Shown here one piece after another: positions 26,090 to 39,991 of a stretch of 64,000 bases of DNA; position 1 is the first letter of the stretch, and every line of letters begins with the position of its first letter. The notes beneath the pieces are model-generated. The model was given only the letters and a program-made list of their open reading frames with translations, did not search any database and was not told the origin of the DNA. The stretch spans positions 90,024,001 to 90,088,000 of the forward strand of contig NC_043001.1 in NCBI RefSeq assembly GCF_006345805.1. Direction: 5' to 3'. Source of the DNA: Octopus sinensis (taxonomy: Eukaryota). Both the position numbers and the translations under genes were made by a program.

Positions 26090-26500
26090 ATATTTTGGTA
26101 ACATCGTTAGAGCGTCGGAAAACTGTCTTTTGGTATTTGTTTCGGTTCTTTAAATCAAAGATCCATTCCTCCGAGGTTAACTTTTTATTTTTATTTCTCC
26201 AGAGTCGATAAAATAAGTATATGTTGAGCACTGGGATCAATGAAATCGACTTCACCCTCCTCTCAAAATCGCTGGCCTTATGCCAAAATTAGAAAGAAAA
26301 TCAATTTCAAATTTTGGCCCGAGGCCAGCAATTTAGAGGAAAAGGGTAAGTCGATTACATCGACTCCAGTCCTCAACTAGTACTTGTCTTACCGATCCCG
26401 AAAGGGATAAAAAACAAAGTTGACATCAGCGGAAAATGAAGATGGACGAAATGCTGCTATTTTGCCCGACATGCTAACGATTTTGCCAGCTCGCTGCCTT
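26090..26500. mobile_element. Tail-to-tail inverted pair of SINE B2 copies
   Basis: Plus copy about 26090-26300 and minus copy about 26300-26500. Confidence 0.7.
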
Positions 26501-28789
26501 AAAATTAGAAAAAAATACCCAGGCTTATGAAGTCAGTGTGCTGGCAGAATCGTTAGAGCGTCGAAAAATATGCTTTTCAGTATTTCTACTGGATCTTTAC
26601 ATTCTGAATTCAAATCCTTCAGTGTCAACTGTTCCTGCCATCCTTCCATCGTTTGAGAAAATAAAGAATCAGTTAACCAATACTGGGTTATCTCCTCTCT
26701 TTTAAATTGCTGGCCTTATGCCTACATCAGAAATAATATTTAGTTTCATGGTTAAAAATAACTCGCTGTCCAATTCATGGCTTAAAAAAATAATGACCAC
26801 AGCGATAGATTTTAAAACATTAACGTAATCTACAAGATTTCCAATAAATGGTAGCTCCAAGTTAGAGGCAACAAGAAGTCATATGCAGTGAAAGACATTC
26901 TAAAGAATAAGACAATAGCCATACAGAGTTTGAGATCCAGGTTCAATTCTATTTTGCAACAGTTTATCCTTGCTCTACGAAATTAATAGAACTGGCCTCC
27001 ACTGGATTTGATGGTAATTTCTAACCATAAAAGTCAAACAACTGCCTACTTTTCAATACAAATGTATAAGATAAATATTTATCTTCATAATATTTATGTG
27101 CGTGTGTATATATATCTGTATGTGTGCGTGTATATTACAAGAGTGTAGAATAAATATTCCTTTTCATATGTGCATGTATGTATATATGTATGTGTAAAAT
27201 GTAAATAAAATACGTAATCTGAGATGATAATTCTAAGTAATCTGAAGTGATAATCCAGTGGGTAATTCAGTTATAGAATAGCAACGAGTTTGACCGCGTC
27301 AACATAGAAAAAAATCGATTCGAATATAGAATGACATTCAACTCAGACAAACAATAACTAACAAGATAAAAAGTCGAATTAACTTGATCCTGAATGGTTG
27401 AAAGAAAGAAATCCTTTATATCTCGGACTTATTTGCTTTTCATCGGAAGGAAAAACAGAGTGGGTGGGGAGAGAGAACAGCAAAGGGGAAAAGTGTTAAT
27501 CCACGTACGATTACGAGAAGAGAAAGATTTCCGGATGATTTTCCCCGCTGCCTCACTTCGTGTGTTTTTTCTTTGCAATGAAGAACAAATAAATCAGCAT
27601 GGTCAAACATTTCATTCATGCTAATTGATCATTAAACCGTTCTGTTTGTTGTCTGTGTTGGTATTCTACATTAGAATATATTCTCCATGCAGACACGTTC
27701 AGCTCAGACGCGCTTGTATCCATACGAAATTATTTCTAATATTACCAACTTGTGCTCCACAATATTTCCATTTCTGATTACTTCGGGTTACCATCAGGTC
27801 TAATTATAATTCTACCTACACCAGTTTTCCATGTCCCTCGTCCTTACTTTTGTCTCACAGCACATTACAACTCACCTTGATGTCTCATCTCAAAACACAA
27901 TAATGCCTTACATCAAAGTTTCTTTTTCTTTTAGAAGTGCATGAACTTCGTCTCTTCTTTTCATCCTTTTTTTTTTATTTATTCTAAGTAAGTCTGGAAA
28001 GTCAAACATGTCTTTTCTTCATTCATTCAGCATAAAGCTAATACATTTTCTTGCTATCACACACACACACACACACACACACACGACGATTTTCAATGTA
28101 ATATCTGTTTACCAAATTATTTTAGCCACAAGGCCATGATCAGCCTGAGGATATCCCATGGAATACGATGGAAATAAAAGTTACGTAGTTGAAAATTAAA
28201 ATTCCTAAGTATAAACCCACAGGAACACATACATACATACATACATACATACATACATACATACATACATACATACATACATACACATACATACATACAT
28301 AACGGGCTGGAAAAATTATGTACTGTCATAGACTTTAGCTGTCCTACTGATGTGATTATCTTTTTGAAAATGAAAGAAAAAGAGGATAAATATTGACAAC
28401 TGCTTTGAAACCTCCATCTTCTGTTCTCAAATTATACATTCACATTTATACCAATTGGTATAAATTGGTGCACTTGATTTTGTGAGTAAATGCTTCAGCG
28501 ACAATCTGGATAAGCTTGGATTTTCAGAAAAAGAAAACAGCCAACTAACTCGCACATTATAAATAACTAACTTGAATATTACAAATGCCATCTGTAGGTG
28601 GAACAGTAAAAATATGCAAGGCCTTCTTCCAGTTTAAAATGGAACGTTGTTTTTGTTATCTACATTTCAATGATGGAGCTTTCTATTTTCATTTAAAATC
28701 AGCCCCTCCTTCAAAGAAAGAGTTCATTTAATTAAAGTCAGACGAGAATACTCACACACACACACACACAGTCACACAATATATATATA

Positions 28790-28879
<90 letters not shown>

Positions 28880-28883
<4 letters not shown>

Positions 28884-29600
28884 TCGCTGACGTATCCGGT
28901 AATTCCCGGCAAAGCGGGGTTTATCCCTTGGTTTCGTTCTCATAATTGTTTTGCTAATCCAATATCAACAATATAAAGTATGTAGCCCTTAAAACGGTTT
29001 TTGTGCATTTACGGAATATACTGAACTGTATTACTATGGATTTTATTTTTAAGAATTCTCAATAAGTTATGAATACCCAAATTGTGAAGTCAATTATGTA
29101 ATAACATGAAATTAGTTACTCGATAGTAAGAATTCAAATAAAGTAGCCCCGAAAAGGGTTTAATGCGTTCCCAGAGTATATAGAACTTATGAGGAAATAC
29201 TAATAAGGTGTGTATACGAAAATTGTGAAGCATGTTATGTAATAACAGGCTAATCAGATATGAGATAATAACAATTCAAAGTAAATAACTCTGAAAAGGG
29301 CGTTTGTGTGTTCCCAAAGAATATTACCCTCAGGGGCGCTAGTGCTAGTATATTTGTGAATAAGTCACTAACCGAAATAAGTGGATCTATTGTTTAGGAA
29401 AATACTATTTACTTGTTTAAGGGTTGTACTGGATAAATTGCGAAAATAACTCCAACAGTTCAAATACTAATAAATTTCCTTTTTACCAAATAATTTTGGA
29501 AAATGAATGGGTTATTTCCCTTGGCTATATATAAGGATCCTTTCCAGGGGCGAATGGGTTATTTCCCTAGGTTTTTAAAATAAAATATATTATTAGATAT
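28880..29600 (-). mobile_element. Degenerate Helitron-like element with about 142-bp internal subrepeats
   Basis: Left end ACTCGCTGACGTATCCGGTAATTCCCGG resembles a reversed hairpin plus CTAG terminus. AATTGTGAAG..ATGTAATAACA..AATTCAAA..GAAAAGGG..GTTCCCA recurs near 29079 and 29221. Confidence 0.45.
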
Positions 29601-29769
29601 ATATAAGGATTCCTTCCAGTAGCCCTATTATCAGTTTTTTCCTTATACATACATACATACATACATACATACATGCATACATACAGATATATATGTATAT
29701 GTGTGTGTGTATGTGTGTGTGATATGTATATATAGGTCATATATGTCATATGTGTATATATAGTAAATC

Positions 29770-29950
29770 TAAAAAAAGAACAGAAAAAATAACAAAAATA
29801 ACAACATGAGGACGTGGTACATGTAAAGTATTAGCAGATACTCAGGGAAGGAAAGAAAGGTAGTTTAACATTTCGAGTAATGCACTTCTTCAGAAACAGA
29901 GGATAGACAATTAGAAAGGAAAACGGAAGAAGAGAATCACCAACGATTCA
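29770..29950 (-). mobile_element. Penelope-terminal-like element P2 with hammerhead-like core at 29864-29896
   Basis: Minus strand TTT-CTGAAGA-AGTGCATTACTC-GAAA-TGTT-AAA. Confidence 0.5.
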
Positions 29951-30956
29951 CTTGGGGCTACATTTTGAAATGTGTATATGTATATATATCTATATATGCA
30001 TTCATTCATACATACATACATACAAAAATACATACATACATACATACATACATACATACATACATACATACATACATACATACATACATACAGACACATA
30101 TACACACATACTTGTGTATGTGTTTGTGTGTGTGTTTGTGTTTAAATTTGTTTGCATTTGGGATTCTACAAATATCATGGAGCTATGGAAGCTGTCTTTT
30201 CTCCCATCTATTGGGTTTGCACATTTAAAAACGTGTGAAACAAAAGATCCCTCACTTAACAAAACAGATCAGAGTTAGCGACACAAAGAGCATCTGTCTG
30301 CAAAAAAAAAAACAAAGAAAAAGAATATTTGTCACACCTATACTTGTATGAGGAAATGGATGTAAAGACAAATAGATTAGAATATTCTGCTATTTTGAGG
30401 ACAATAATAGATCATCTCTTATCTTCTGATAGTGGCATTTTTATGAAATGTATAAGATAAACCCATCAAAAGATATTCACAGCAAAATAACAAAGATAGT
30501 GTTAAAATTATTATAGTATTACTTATTAACTAATGTAGAATTAACAAGCTAGAGACTAAAAATGTTATTTATTATTTAAATGCCAAAAGGACTGTATGTG
30601 AGCATACATATATATATGTGTGAGCTTCTGTGTATGTATGTATGTATGTATGTATGTAGTATGTATGTATGTATGTATGTATGTATATATGTGTGTGTGT
30701 GTGTAAGCATGTATGTGTATATGTGTGTATATATATATGTGTTTGTGTGCGTAAGCATGTAAGTATGTATGTATGTATGTATCTATATCTACACATATGT
30801 GTGCATAAGTGAGTGTATGTGTTTTTGCAGGTGCACATGTGTGTGCTGGTGTATAACACACTCAAAATCACACACGCACACATTTGTATGCATGTATACA
30901 TGTGTGTATGTATGTGTGTATATATACAATATATATATATATATATAATATATATG

Positions 30957-31019
<63 letters not shown>

Positions 31020-31635
31020 ATATATGTGTTTGTGTGCATATGTATTTAAAGAGATGTGTGTGTGTGTCTGTATAATGTATGTTAGCAAGTAAACATGGTT
31101 GTCATTAATAACTAGTTGTGGCAGCTTTACACAGCCAGAAAATAAAGTTAATCACAGACCACAAAACAAAGCACTTTGTAAATATGTGTGAATAAAAACA
31201 GAAAAAAAACAACATCCCCTACCCACAAAAATAACAAAATACTGAAGAAAATGACAACTAATATGAAGCAAAATTATACCAGCTACTACTACAACAGCAA
31301 CAACAACTATCCTATGCAAAGCACCTATACTGACAACAAGAACAAAGACATCTTGCCTGTGTAAAAATGAGCAAACTATAACTAGGTGTGTGAGGAAACT
31401 ATTTTTCTGGGGTTTTTTATGAAGAAAGAGAAATTATTTCACACATATTATACCAACAAAGGAGTTTGTTGTGTGGTGAGAAGCTTGCTTCTCAACCACA
31501 TGGTTCCCTGTCAGTTCCACTCCATGGCACCTTTGCCAAGTGTCTTCTACTATAGCTTTGGGCCAACCAACGCCTTGTGAATGGATTTGATAGATGGAAA
31601 CTGAAAAAACCCCATCGTGTGTGTATATATATATA

Positions 31636-31926
31636 TATACAAAAATTCTATAATTATGAGTATAATTATAATTAGGGTTCAGCAAAATTTGCTTCACCAC
31701 ATACCGAAATTTAGAAATAGCAGTTAAATACTATTCCACTACCATAAGATATCTCCCAGACAGCAATACTCTACAACTGCGTGAGTTGTAGAGTATTGCT
31801 GTCTGGGAGATATCTTATGGTAGTGGAATAGTATTTAACTGTTATTTCTAAATTTCGGTATGTGGTGAAGCAAATTTTGCTGAACCCTAATTGTAATTAT
31901 ACTCATAATTATAGAATTTTTGTATA
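31636..31926. repeat. Near-perfect foldback, 143-bp arms, 5-nt loop GCGTG
   Basis: Arms 31636-31778 / 31784-31926; two differences seen; adjoins (TA)n. Confidence 0.95.
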
Positions 31927-32004
31927 AAGTATAACCGATAATGGTTCTTTTAACATACTGAACTACTTGGTAAAATTATTAATTGATTAATTAATTTTAC
32001 CCTT

Positions 32005-32050
<46 letters not shown>

Positions 32051-32051
<1 letters not shown>

Positions 32052-32392
32052 GGGTAAAGACCCCCTTCGGTCAGGCACTGACCATGGGTTTGCATCTAGA
32101 GAGATACCCTCTGAGGCACAAGTCTGGGCAAGGTTGTTTTATGGAAGACCAGCAGTCGCCCATGCATACCGGCCTCCCCTCTCCACGTCACCGATGTTGT
32201 CCAAGGGAAAGGCAAGGGCCGATACAGCTTGGCACCTGTGACGTCGCAACTCATTTCTACAGCTGAGTGAACTGGAGCAACGTGAAATAAAGTGCCTTGC
32301 TCAAGAACACAACACGCAGCCCCGTCCGGGATTCGAGCTCACAACCTCACGATCGTAAGCTCGACGCTCTAACCACTGAGCCATGCGCCTTC
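32051..32392 (-). mobile_element. SINE family C, copy 1 of an identical tandem pair
   Basis: Full-length reverse-complement family C; flanked by (TA)n. Confidence 0.9.
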
Positions 32393-32429
32393 ACATATAT
32401 ATATATATATAATATATATATATATATAA

Positions 32430-32770
32430 AGGGTAAAGACCCCCTTCGGTCAGGCACTGACCATGGGTTTGCATCTAGAGAGATACCCTCTGAGGCACAA
32501 GTCTGGGCAAGGTTGTTTTATGGAAGACCAGCAGTCGCCCATGCATACCGGCCTCCCCTCTCCACGTCACCGATGTTGTCCAAGGGAAAGGCAAGGGCCG
32601 ATACAGCTTGGCACCTGTGACGTCGCAACTCATTTCTACAGCTGAGTGAACTGGAGCAACGTGAAATAAAGTGCCTTGCTCAAGAACACAACACGCAGCC
32701 CCGTCCGGGATTCGAGCTCACAACCTCACGATCGTAAGCTCGACGCTCTAACCACTGAGCCATGCGCCTT

Positions 32771-32771
<1 letters not shown>
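32430..32771 (-). mobile_element. SINE family C, copy 2 of an identical tandem pair
   Basis: Identical by eye to 32051-32392 at an offset of 379; the ORF track gives identical 60-aa ORFs. Confidence 0.9.
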
Positions 32772-32805
<34 letters not shown>

Positions 32806-33296
32806 GTGTGTGTGTATGTGTGTGTGTGTGTGTATTTGTGTGTCTGTGTTTGTCCCCTCCTCCATTGCTCGACAACTGATGTTGGTGTGTTTATGTCCCC
32901 TATAACTTAGCAGTTTGGCAAAAGAGACTGACAGAATAAATACTAGGCTTACAAAGAATAAGTCCTGGGTTCAATTTGTTCTACTAAAGGTGGTGCTCCA
33001 GCATGGCCATGGTCAAATGACTGAAACAAGTAAAAGAATAAAAGAATGAAAAAATTAGTGAACTAAGATTTTACTCCAGTTATTGTATGATATTATAGGG
33101 ACAGATATTAAGTAGGGGAAAATTTAGCAGAATCATTAAAGGGGTTGCATAAAGTATCTTTTGATATTTCTTCTAGCTCTCTTAAAGGAGTGATCTGGCA
33201 GAATTGTTAGCACACTAGGCAAAATGTTGAGCAGCATTTTGTTCACCTTTACGCTCTGATGTATACATATTTATGTGTGTGTGTGTATATATATAT

Positions 33297-33464
33297 AGGC
33301 GCAGGAGTGACTGTGGTAAGTAACTTCCTACCCAACCACGTGGTTCAGGGTTTAGTCCCACTGCGTACCACCTTCAGCAAGTGTCTTCTACTATAACCTA
33401 GGGTGACCAAAGCTTTGTGAGTATATTTGGTAGACAGAAACTGAAAGAAGCCCATTGTATGTGT

Positions 33465-33496
<32 letters not shown>

Positions 33497-33735
33497 TGTG
33501 TGTGTATGCGTGTGTGTGTGTGTATGTTTGTATGTCTGTGTTTGTCCCCTCAACATCACTTGACAACCGATGCTGGTTTATTTATATCCTCTGTAACTTA
33601 GCGGTTTGGCAAGAGAGACCAACAGAGTAAGTAATAGGCTTACAAAGAATAAGTCCTGGGGTTGATTTGCTCAACTAAAAGCGGTGCTCCAGCATGCCCA
33701 CAGTCAAAATGACTGAAACAAGTAACAGAATAGAA
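33297..33735 (+). mobile_element. SINE family A, full length (a further 3' half lies at about 32805-33045)
   Basis: Head, core, TG tract and 3' tail are all present. Confidence 0.85.
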
Positions 33736-34127
33736 GAGAAAAAGAATATATATACACACACACATATACATATATATGTATATATGTGTATGTGTGTGTG
33801 TGTATTGAGGGAGTATAAGACAGAAGAGTATGATTTGATAATGTTGCCCTTTTTCCTGTCAGCTAATTGTGGGACCAGGCTTTGACAATTACATTGACTC
33901 TAGTGCTTAACTGGTACTTTATTTTATTGATTGTAAAGGGTCAGAATGTAAAGTAGCAGAAGAAAGAGCATGAAGCATTTTGTTCAAGATGCTAATGATT
34001 TTACCAGCTCGTTATCTTAATAGTAGCAACAACAACAATAACAATTACATTAATCATCATCATCATCATTTTGCGCCTGCTTTCCATGCTGGCAAAGGTT
34101 AGATGGTTGACTAAAACCGGTAAACTA

Positions 34128-34950
34128 CAGTGATCCCTCACTACTTTGTGGGTTCAACTATTACGTATTCACGACTTCACAGATTTTTAAGATATATATA
34201 TATGTGAACACCTAAACTTTTTTTTATTAAATCCATTAAAATATTGATAATAAATATTATTTCCTAGCCTAGGAACAACAAAACAAGTGTAAAATAGCAA
34301 AAAAGCATACACAAGGGTATTTGAACTTAAGAGAGGCTGTGATTGGTGCAATAGAGGGAGACGATGAATCACAGCTTTCTATTTTGTAATCTGGCCTGTG
34401 ATTGGTGCTTTGACCGATGCTCAGATCCGCAGCATCTTCTCTTGTCTCTCTCTTGCAGCCATTTCACTTCAAGCTTTCTCACCGAGTGGTTTAATGTACT
34501 ACTTTACACTGTGCTGTGTGTGATTTTTTTTTGTTTTGTTTCTTTGCATTGAACTTTGCGTTTCGGAAGAAGTGGAAGAGGTGTTCCAGGAAAGGGCACC
34601 ACTGTCAGCTTCATCATCATCATCTCTACTGCGCAGCAAATTTATCACCATCATCATTCAAATTTTACTTCAACTTCTTTCGTGTTGAGTACAGTAACAA
34701 TCTTTATTTTTTTAATCTAAAGTGTTATTGCTTAACAGTTGTCTTTGTTATTTATAGACTACTGTAATGGGTGGGTTGTTAACAGTACAGGGAGGGTTTT
34801 AAAAGCCCAAATACACGTTAAATAAATACTGTAAATATGGTGTCCCTACTTTGAGGTAATTCAGTTATCGCGGGTGTCCCTACTTTGCAGAAATTTAGTT
34901 ATCGTGGCCAGTCTCAGAACCAATCTACCACGATAATCGAGGGATCACTG
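34128..34950. mobile_element. pogo/Tigger-type (Tc1/mariner superfamily) MITE inserted in a family E copy
   Basis: TIRs CAGTGATCCCTC / GAGGGATCACTG with TA on both sides (34126-27, 34951-52). Family E sequence resumes on both flanks. Confidence 0.85.
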
Positions 34951-34952
34951 TA

Positions 34953-35775
34953 TAGGTTTCAATCTGATTTGGCATGGTTTCTATAGTTGGATGCCCTTCT
35001 TAATGCCAACCACTCAAAGGGTATAATGGGTACTTTTTACGTGCCAGTGGCATGAGTATCAGCTATGTGACACTGGCATTGGCCACACCTATGATTTCAC
35101 TTGGCTTTATGGGTCTTCTCAAGCACAGCATATCGCCAAAGGTCTCAGTCAATTATCATTGCCTCTGTGAAGCCCAATGTTTGAAGGGTGCCTTTTACAT
35201 GTCACTGGCACAGGTATCAGTCACATGACACTGATATCAGCCATGACTACGACTTCACTTGACTTGATGGGTCCTCTCAAGTACAGCATTTCACCAAAAG
35301 TCTTGGTCACTAGTCATTGACTCTGTAAGGCCCAATGTTCAAAGAACATGCTTCTCCAACTTGTCTTATGGCTTCCTGGGTCTGGCTTCTGTGCCGGTGG
35401 CATGTAAAAAGCACCATTGGAGCGTGATCGTTACCAGTGTTGCCTTACTGGCACTTGTGCCGTTGGCACGTGAAAAAACACTCGAGCGAGGTCTTTGCCA
35501 GTGCCGCTGGACTAGCTCCTGTGCAGGTGGCATGTAAAAAACACCATTTGAGTGTGGCCATTGCCAGTACTGCCTGACTGGCCTTCGTGCCGGTGGCACA
35601 TAAAATCACCCACTACACTCTCGGAGTGGTTGGTGTTAGGAAGGGCATCCAGCTGTAGAAACTCTGCCAGATCAAGATTGGAGCCTGGTGCAGCCATCTG
35701 GTTTACTAGTCCTCAGTCAAACCGTCCAACCCATGCTAACATAGAAAGTGGGCATTAAATGATGATGATGATGAC
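34953..35775. mobile_element. Head-to-head family E copies (minus 34953-35345, plus 35385-35775) with internal ~60-70 bp tandem units
   Basis: TGGCATGTAAAAA..ACCATT.GAG.GTG unit repeated; (GAT)n tail at 35758. Confidence 0.8.
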
Positions 35776-36143
35776 AGGTTCCCTCCTTGGTTAGAGATCA
35801 GCACTTCGTTAAACAGCTGTCCTTGTCCATATGCATCACATGCCTAAACCAGTCGTCTCTCTTGCACACTGCATCAGATGCCTCTTATGTTCAATTTTTC
35901 TCTCAAGATGCTTACAGTCTGTCGTATATGCACATAATGATAATAATAATCCTTTCTACTATAGGCACAAGGCCTGGAATTTGGGGGAAGGGGATGGTCA
36001 ATCATATCGACCTCATTTATCAACCACGAAAGGATGAAAGGCAAAGTCAGCCAAGGCAGAATTTAAACTCAGAATGTAAGAAAGGATGAAATGCCGCTAA
36101 GCATTTTACCCAATGTGCTTATGATTCTGCCAGCTTGCTGCCT

Positions 36144-36201
<58 letters not shown>

Positions 36202-36453
36202 TAAAAATAATAATAATAATGATAATAATAATAATTTTTCTACTATAGGCACAAGGCCTCAAATTTTGCAGGAGATGAACCTCTGTGCTTGACTGGTAGT
36301 TATTTTATTGACCCCAGAGGGATGAAAAGCGAAGTAAACCTTGTTGGCAGATTATGAATTCAGTAAGCATTGTGTCTGGTGTGGTAACAATTCTGCAAGC
36401 TCATTGCCTTTAATAATGATAATAATAATAATAATAAAAATAATAATAATATC

Positions 36454-36833
36454 AGAAAATATAAAGACCTACTCATTGAAATTGAGAAAATGTGGCATCT
36501 CAAGGCGGTTACAATACCAGTGATTGTAGGAGCACTAGGAATGATCAAGAAGGGAACTGAAAATTATATGAGAATGATCCCTGGCTTACCATCCCTGCAA
36601 GAAGTGCAAAAGATTGTCTTAACTGGTACATCACATGTATTGAGAAGAGCATTGTCGATGTGAGAACTGTTGCTGCTCATGTATTTTAATTTAACTTAAA
36701 AAAAAAAAAAAATGAACGAACTATTGAGTTTGGTTTAATGGCCTACCAATGTATACTATGAGTTTCTTTGCCCTAGGAGTCGGGAAGACACTCGGCAAGA
36801 AATGGAAGCAAATTTGAAAGAAGAAAAAAAAAG
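36454..36833 (+). mobile_element. 5'-truncated R4/Dong-type (RLE) LINE, family 1; coding remnant 36454-36663
   Basis: Open frame RKYKDLLIEIEKMWHLKAVTIPVIVGALGMIKKG...TSHVLRRALSM*, the typical RLE C-terminus; (TAA)n on both sides. Confidence 0.85.
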
Positions 36834-37099
36834 TAATAATAATAATAATGATTTCAAATTTTGCCACAAGGGCAGGAATTTTAGGAGAGGGGATGAGTCG
36901 ATTACATCAATCCCAGTGTTCCACTGGTACTTATCTTATTGACTACGAAGGGATGAAAGGCAAAGTACCTTGGTGGCATTTGGACTCAGAATGTAAAGAA
37001 AGACAGAATACTGCAAAGCTTTTTGCCTGGCATTCTAACAATTCTGCAACTCATTACCTTTTATAATGTTCATAACAATAATAATAATAATAATAAAAA

Positions 37100-37628
37100 A
37101 CTGACAGAAAGATAGATGCAAATAGGCCAGACATTATATTGAAAGACTTCAGACAAAAATCATGCCCATCTCATTGATATGACTGTCCCAATCGATATAA
37201 AAGCATCTGTCAAGATCTACCAAAAACTGAGCAAGTATAAAGATCTTGAAATAGAAATTGGCAAAATGTGGAACCTCAAGACTAAAACAATACCTGTTGT
37301 CATAGGTGCCCTAGGAATGATAGCAAAAGGGGCTGATTCCTACTTAACTCAGACACCAGGAAACCTCAAAATGGCAGAAATTCAAAAGATAGTGGTCATG
37401 GGAACTGCCCATATCCTATGTAAAATACTGTCTATGTAATCTCAAATTTTAAAACAAACTCATAATTTCCTTATCTTTTCTTAAACATTCTCTAGAACAA
37501 TACTATGTACAAAACCAAATATATGGCACCCTAGGCATAACACCAACACGAACTTCTAACTTGTCTCTTGAGATCTCTGGGTGAGACTTGGAGCCAACTT
37601 GTACAAATACAACGTAACAGTCAAACAT
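37100..37628 (+). mobile_element. 5'-truncated R4/Dong-type (RLE) LINE, family 2; coding remnant 37100-37439 with one frameshift
   Basis: ANRPDIILKDFRQKSC / LIDMTVP...KLSKYKDLEIEIGKMWNLKTKTIPVVIGALG carries the PD-(D/E)xK endonuclease motif; (TAA)n on both sides. Confidence 0.88.
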
Positions 37629-37685
37629 ATAATAATAATAATAATATAATAATAATAATAATATAATAATAATAATAATAATAAT

Positions 37686-38254
37686 ACCCTGATGCAGTAC
37701 CTTTACTGCCCTGATGCAGTACGAGGCAGTGGCTCTTGTGGCTTCTGATCTTAACTGATTGGAAGTGTTATCATGTACATTGTTTTATCTTGGTGTAAAA
37801 GATGGGCTACAGCAAATATTCTGCTCAATACCACAGATTTGTTTGTCAGTTGTTTGACCTTAACCAGTTGGGCATGTCTCTTAGTGGCTGGCGATATGTG
37901 CATCTCTGATCATGAGCAGAAGTAGTGGGGGAGCATCATAGCCATGTGTTGAGAGGGATTCTTTGGGGTTTGAATAATTCACCTCTGGAAATATGGGTAT
38001 TTTGTTCAACATCATTAAACAACCCTTATTCAGGGACCTTTCGAGCGGGATGGGTTACTCGACCAGAAGAAAATTCTAACTGGGCCCCAACTGCAAGGTC
38101 ACGTGCTGATTATCTTGATATGAGATTACTCACAGATGGTTGTGATGCATGTGCCTAGTGTACCCTTATCAGACGGGTAGTCATGATGGGTATACTGGGC
38201 TTCGTATATTTTATCCCAGTGTCACTTTGATGGCATACACTGCTCTCTCACTCA
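37686..38254. mobile_element. About 570-bp non-coding element flanked by (TAA)n
   Basis: Sharp boundaries against (AAT)n on both sides; no ORF; the 5' end has a short direct duplication CCCTGATGCAGTAC. Confidence 0.5.
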
Positions 38255-38307
38255 ATAATAATAATAATAATAATAATAATGATGATGATGATGATATGAT
38301 GATGATG

Positions 38308-38345
<38 letters not shown>

Positions 38346-39018
38346 CAATAAATATAACCCAGGATGTCTAACACAGAATGCTATTGTTTCCATCATGCAT
38401 CATTTGTGAAGAATGTAACTATTGATTTGACTAAAACAACACAATATATACTCATCTGTGGTGTACTTTTGAATCTTGAGTTGGTCTTACATTACTAATG
38501 TGTTTTATACAGTATATAACATACAGTGCAACAATATAGGGTTTATTAGTGTGAACTACTTATATTATTCTACTAGTGTTACACAGCTGCATGGATTGAA
38601 TTCTTGATAGTCAAGTGATAAGTCCAATGACACAGTACAATGATATTCACAGGATATGAGTTACCAGCCCATCCCTTTCCTTGTTGACTTGTTCTGTGAA
38701 TAATACAACAGCTAGAACAATATGCGCACATACATACACACACACACACACACATACACAGAAAAATATTTACACATATATATATATGTACATACAAAAT
38801 GCATAATTAGCAATGATGTTATTTAGCCCAAGGTCAGTCCTAATCAAGCTGACCTAGTTACAAATGTATTCTAGTTGAGTCCATTTTGTCTTTATACAGA
38901 ATACATGTGTATATAAGGACATTATCGAATGTGTCTTCTCCTTATTTAAAATAGTAGGATGTGATTTGAGAACGATTTGGCTGTTATTCCTCACAGGATA
39001 AGGAACCAAGCTGTTGAA

Positions 39019-39120
39019 TGTCGGGACGGAGTCCTGCTCTGGCATCTTGTCAATAATCGAAGCATTTTTTGATTGCCTCGATAATTGATGAGATGCCAGA
39101 GCAGGTTTCCGCCCCTGACA
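39019..39120 (+). ncRNA. 102-nt stem-loop, pre-miRNA-like candidate
   Basis: Stem of about 45 bp including a perfect CCTGCTCTGGCATCT/AGATGCCAGAGCAGG, three G.U pairs on the plus strand and a 9-nt terminal loop. Confidence 0.35.
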
Positions 39121-39220
39121 TACAAAATTCAGAGTCTTATTATGGCAACCAATAATTATCATATTATATTACAGATATATATGAATTATATATATATATA
39201 TGTATACATATATATGTATG

Positions 39221-39299
<79 letters not shown>

Positions 39300-39301
<2 letters not shown>

Positions 39302-39717
39302 CTCTTACTCTTTTACTCTTTTACTTGTTTCAGTCATTTGACTGCAGCCATGCTGCAGCACCTCCTTTAGTCGAGCAAATCGACCCTGGGACTTATTCTT
39401 TGTAAGCCCAGCACTTATTCTATCGGTCTCTTTTGCCGAACTGCTAAGTGACGGGGACGTAAACACACCAGCATCGGTTGTCAAGCAATGCTAGGGGGAC
39501 AAACACAGACACACAAACACACACACACATACATACATATATATACATATATACAACAGGCTTCTTTCAGTTTCCGTCTACCAAATCCACTCACAAGGCA
39601 TTGGTCGGCCCGGAGCTATAGCAGAAGACACTTGCCCAAGATACCACGCAGTGGGACTGAACTCAGAACCATGTGGTTGGTTAGCAAGCTACTTACCACA
39701 CAGCCACTCCTGCGCCT
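39300..39717 (-). mobile_element. SINE family A, full length
   Basis: Complete reverse-complement consensus. Confidence 0.9.
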
Positions 39718-39738
39718 ATATATATATATATTATATAT

Positions 39739-39770
<32 letters not shown>

Positions 39771-39891
39771 ATATATATATATTATATATGTATATATATA
39801 TATTCATCCATACATGCATACATACATGCATACATTTATATATATATGTATATATACATAAATACATGCATACATATACCTACATACACAT

Positions 39892-39939
<48 letters not shown>

Positions 39940-39940
39940 A

Positions 39941-39991
<51 letters not shown>

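Noticed and set aside
35385-35600. Regularly spaced repeats resembling a CRISPR array
   Set aside because: These are degenerate tandem units inside a eukaryotic retroposon, with no unique spacers and no cas genes.
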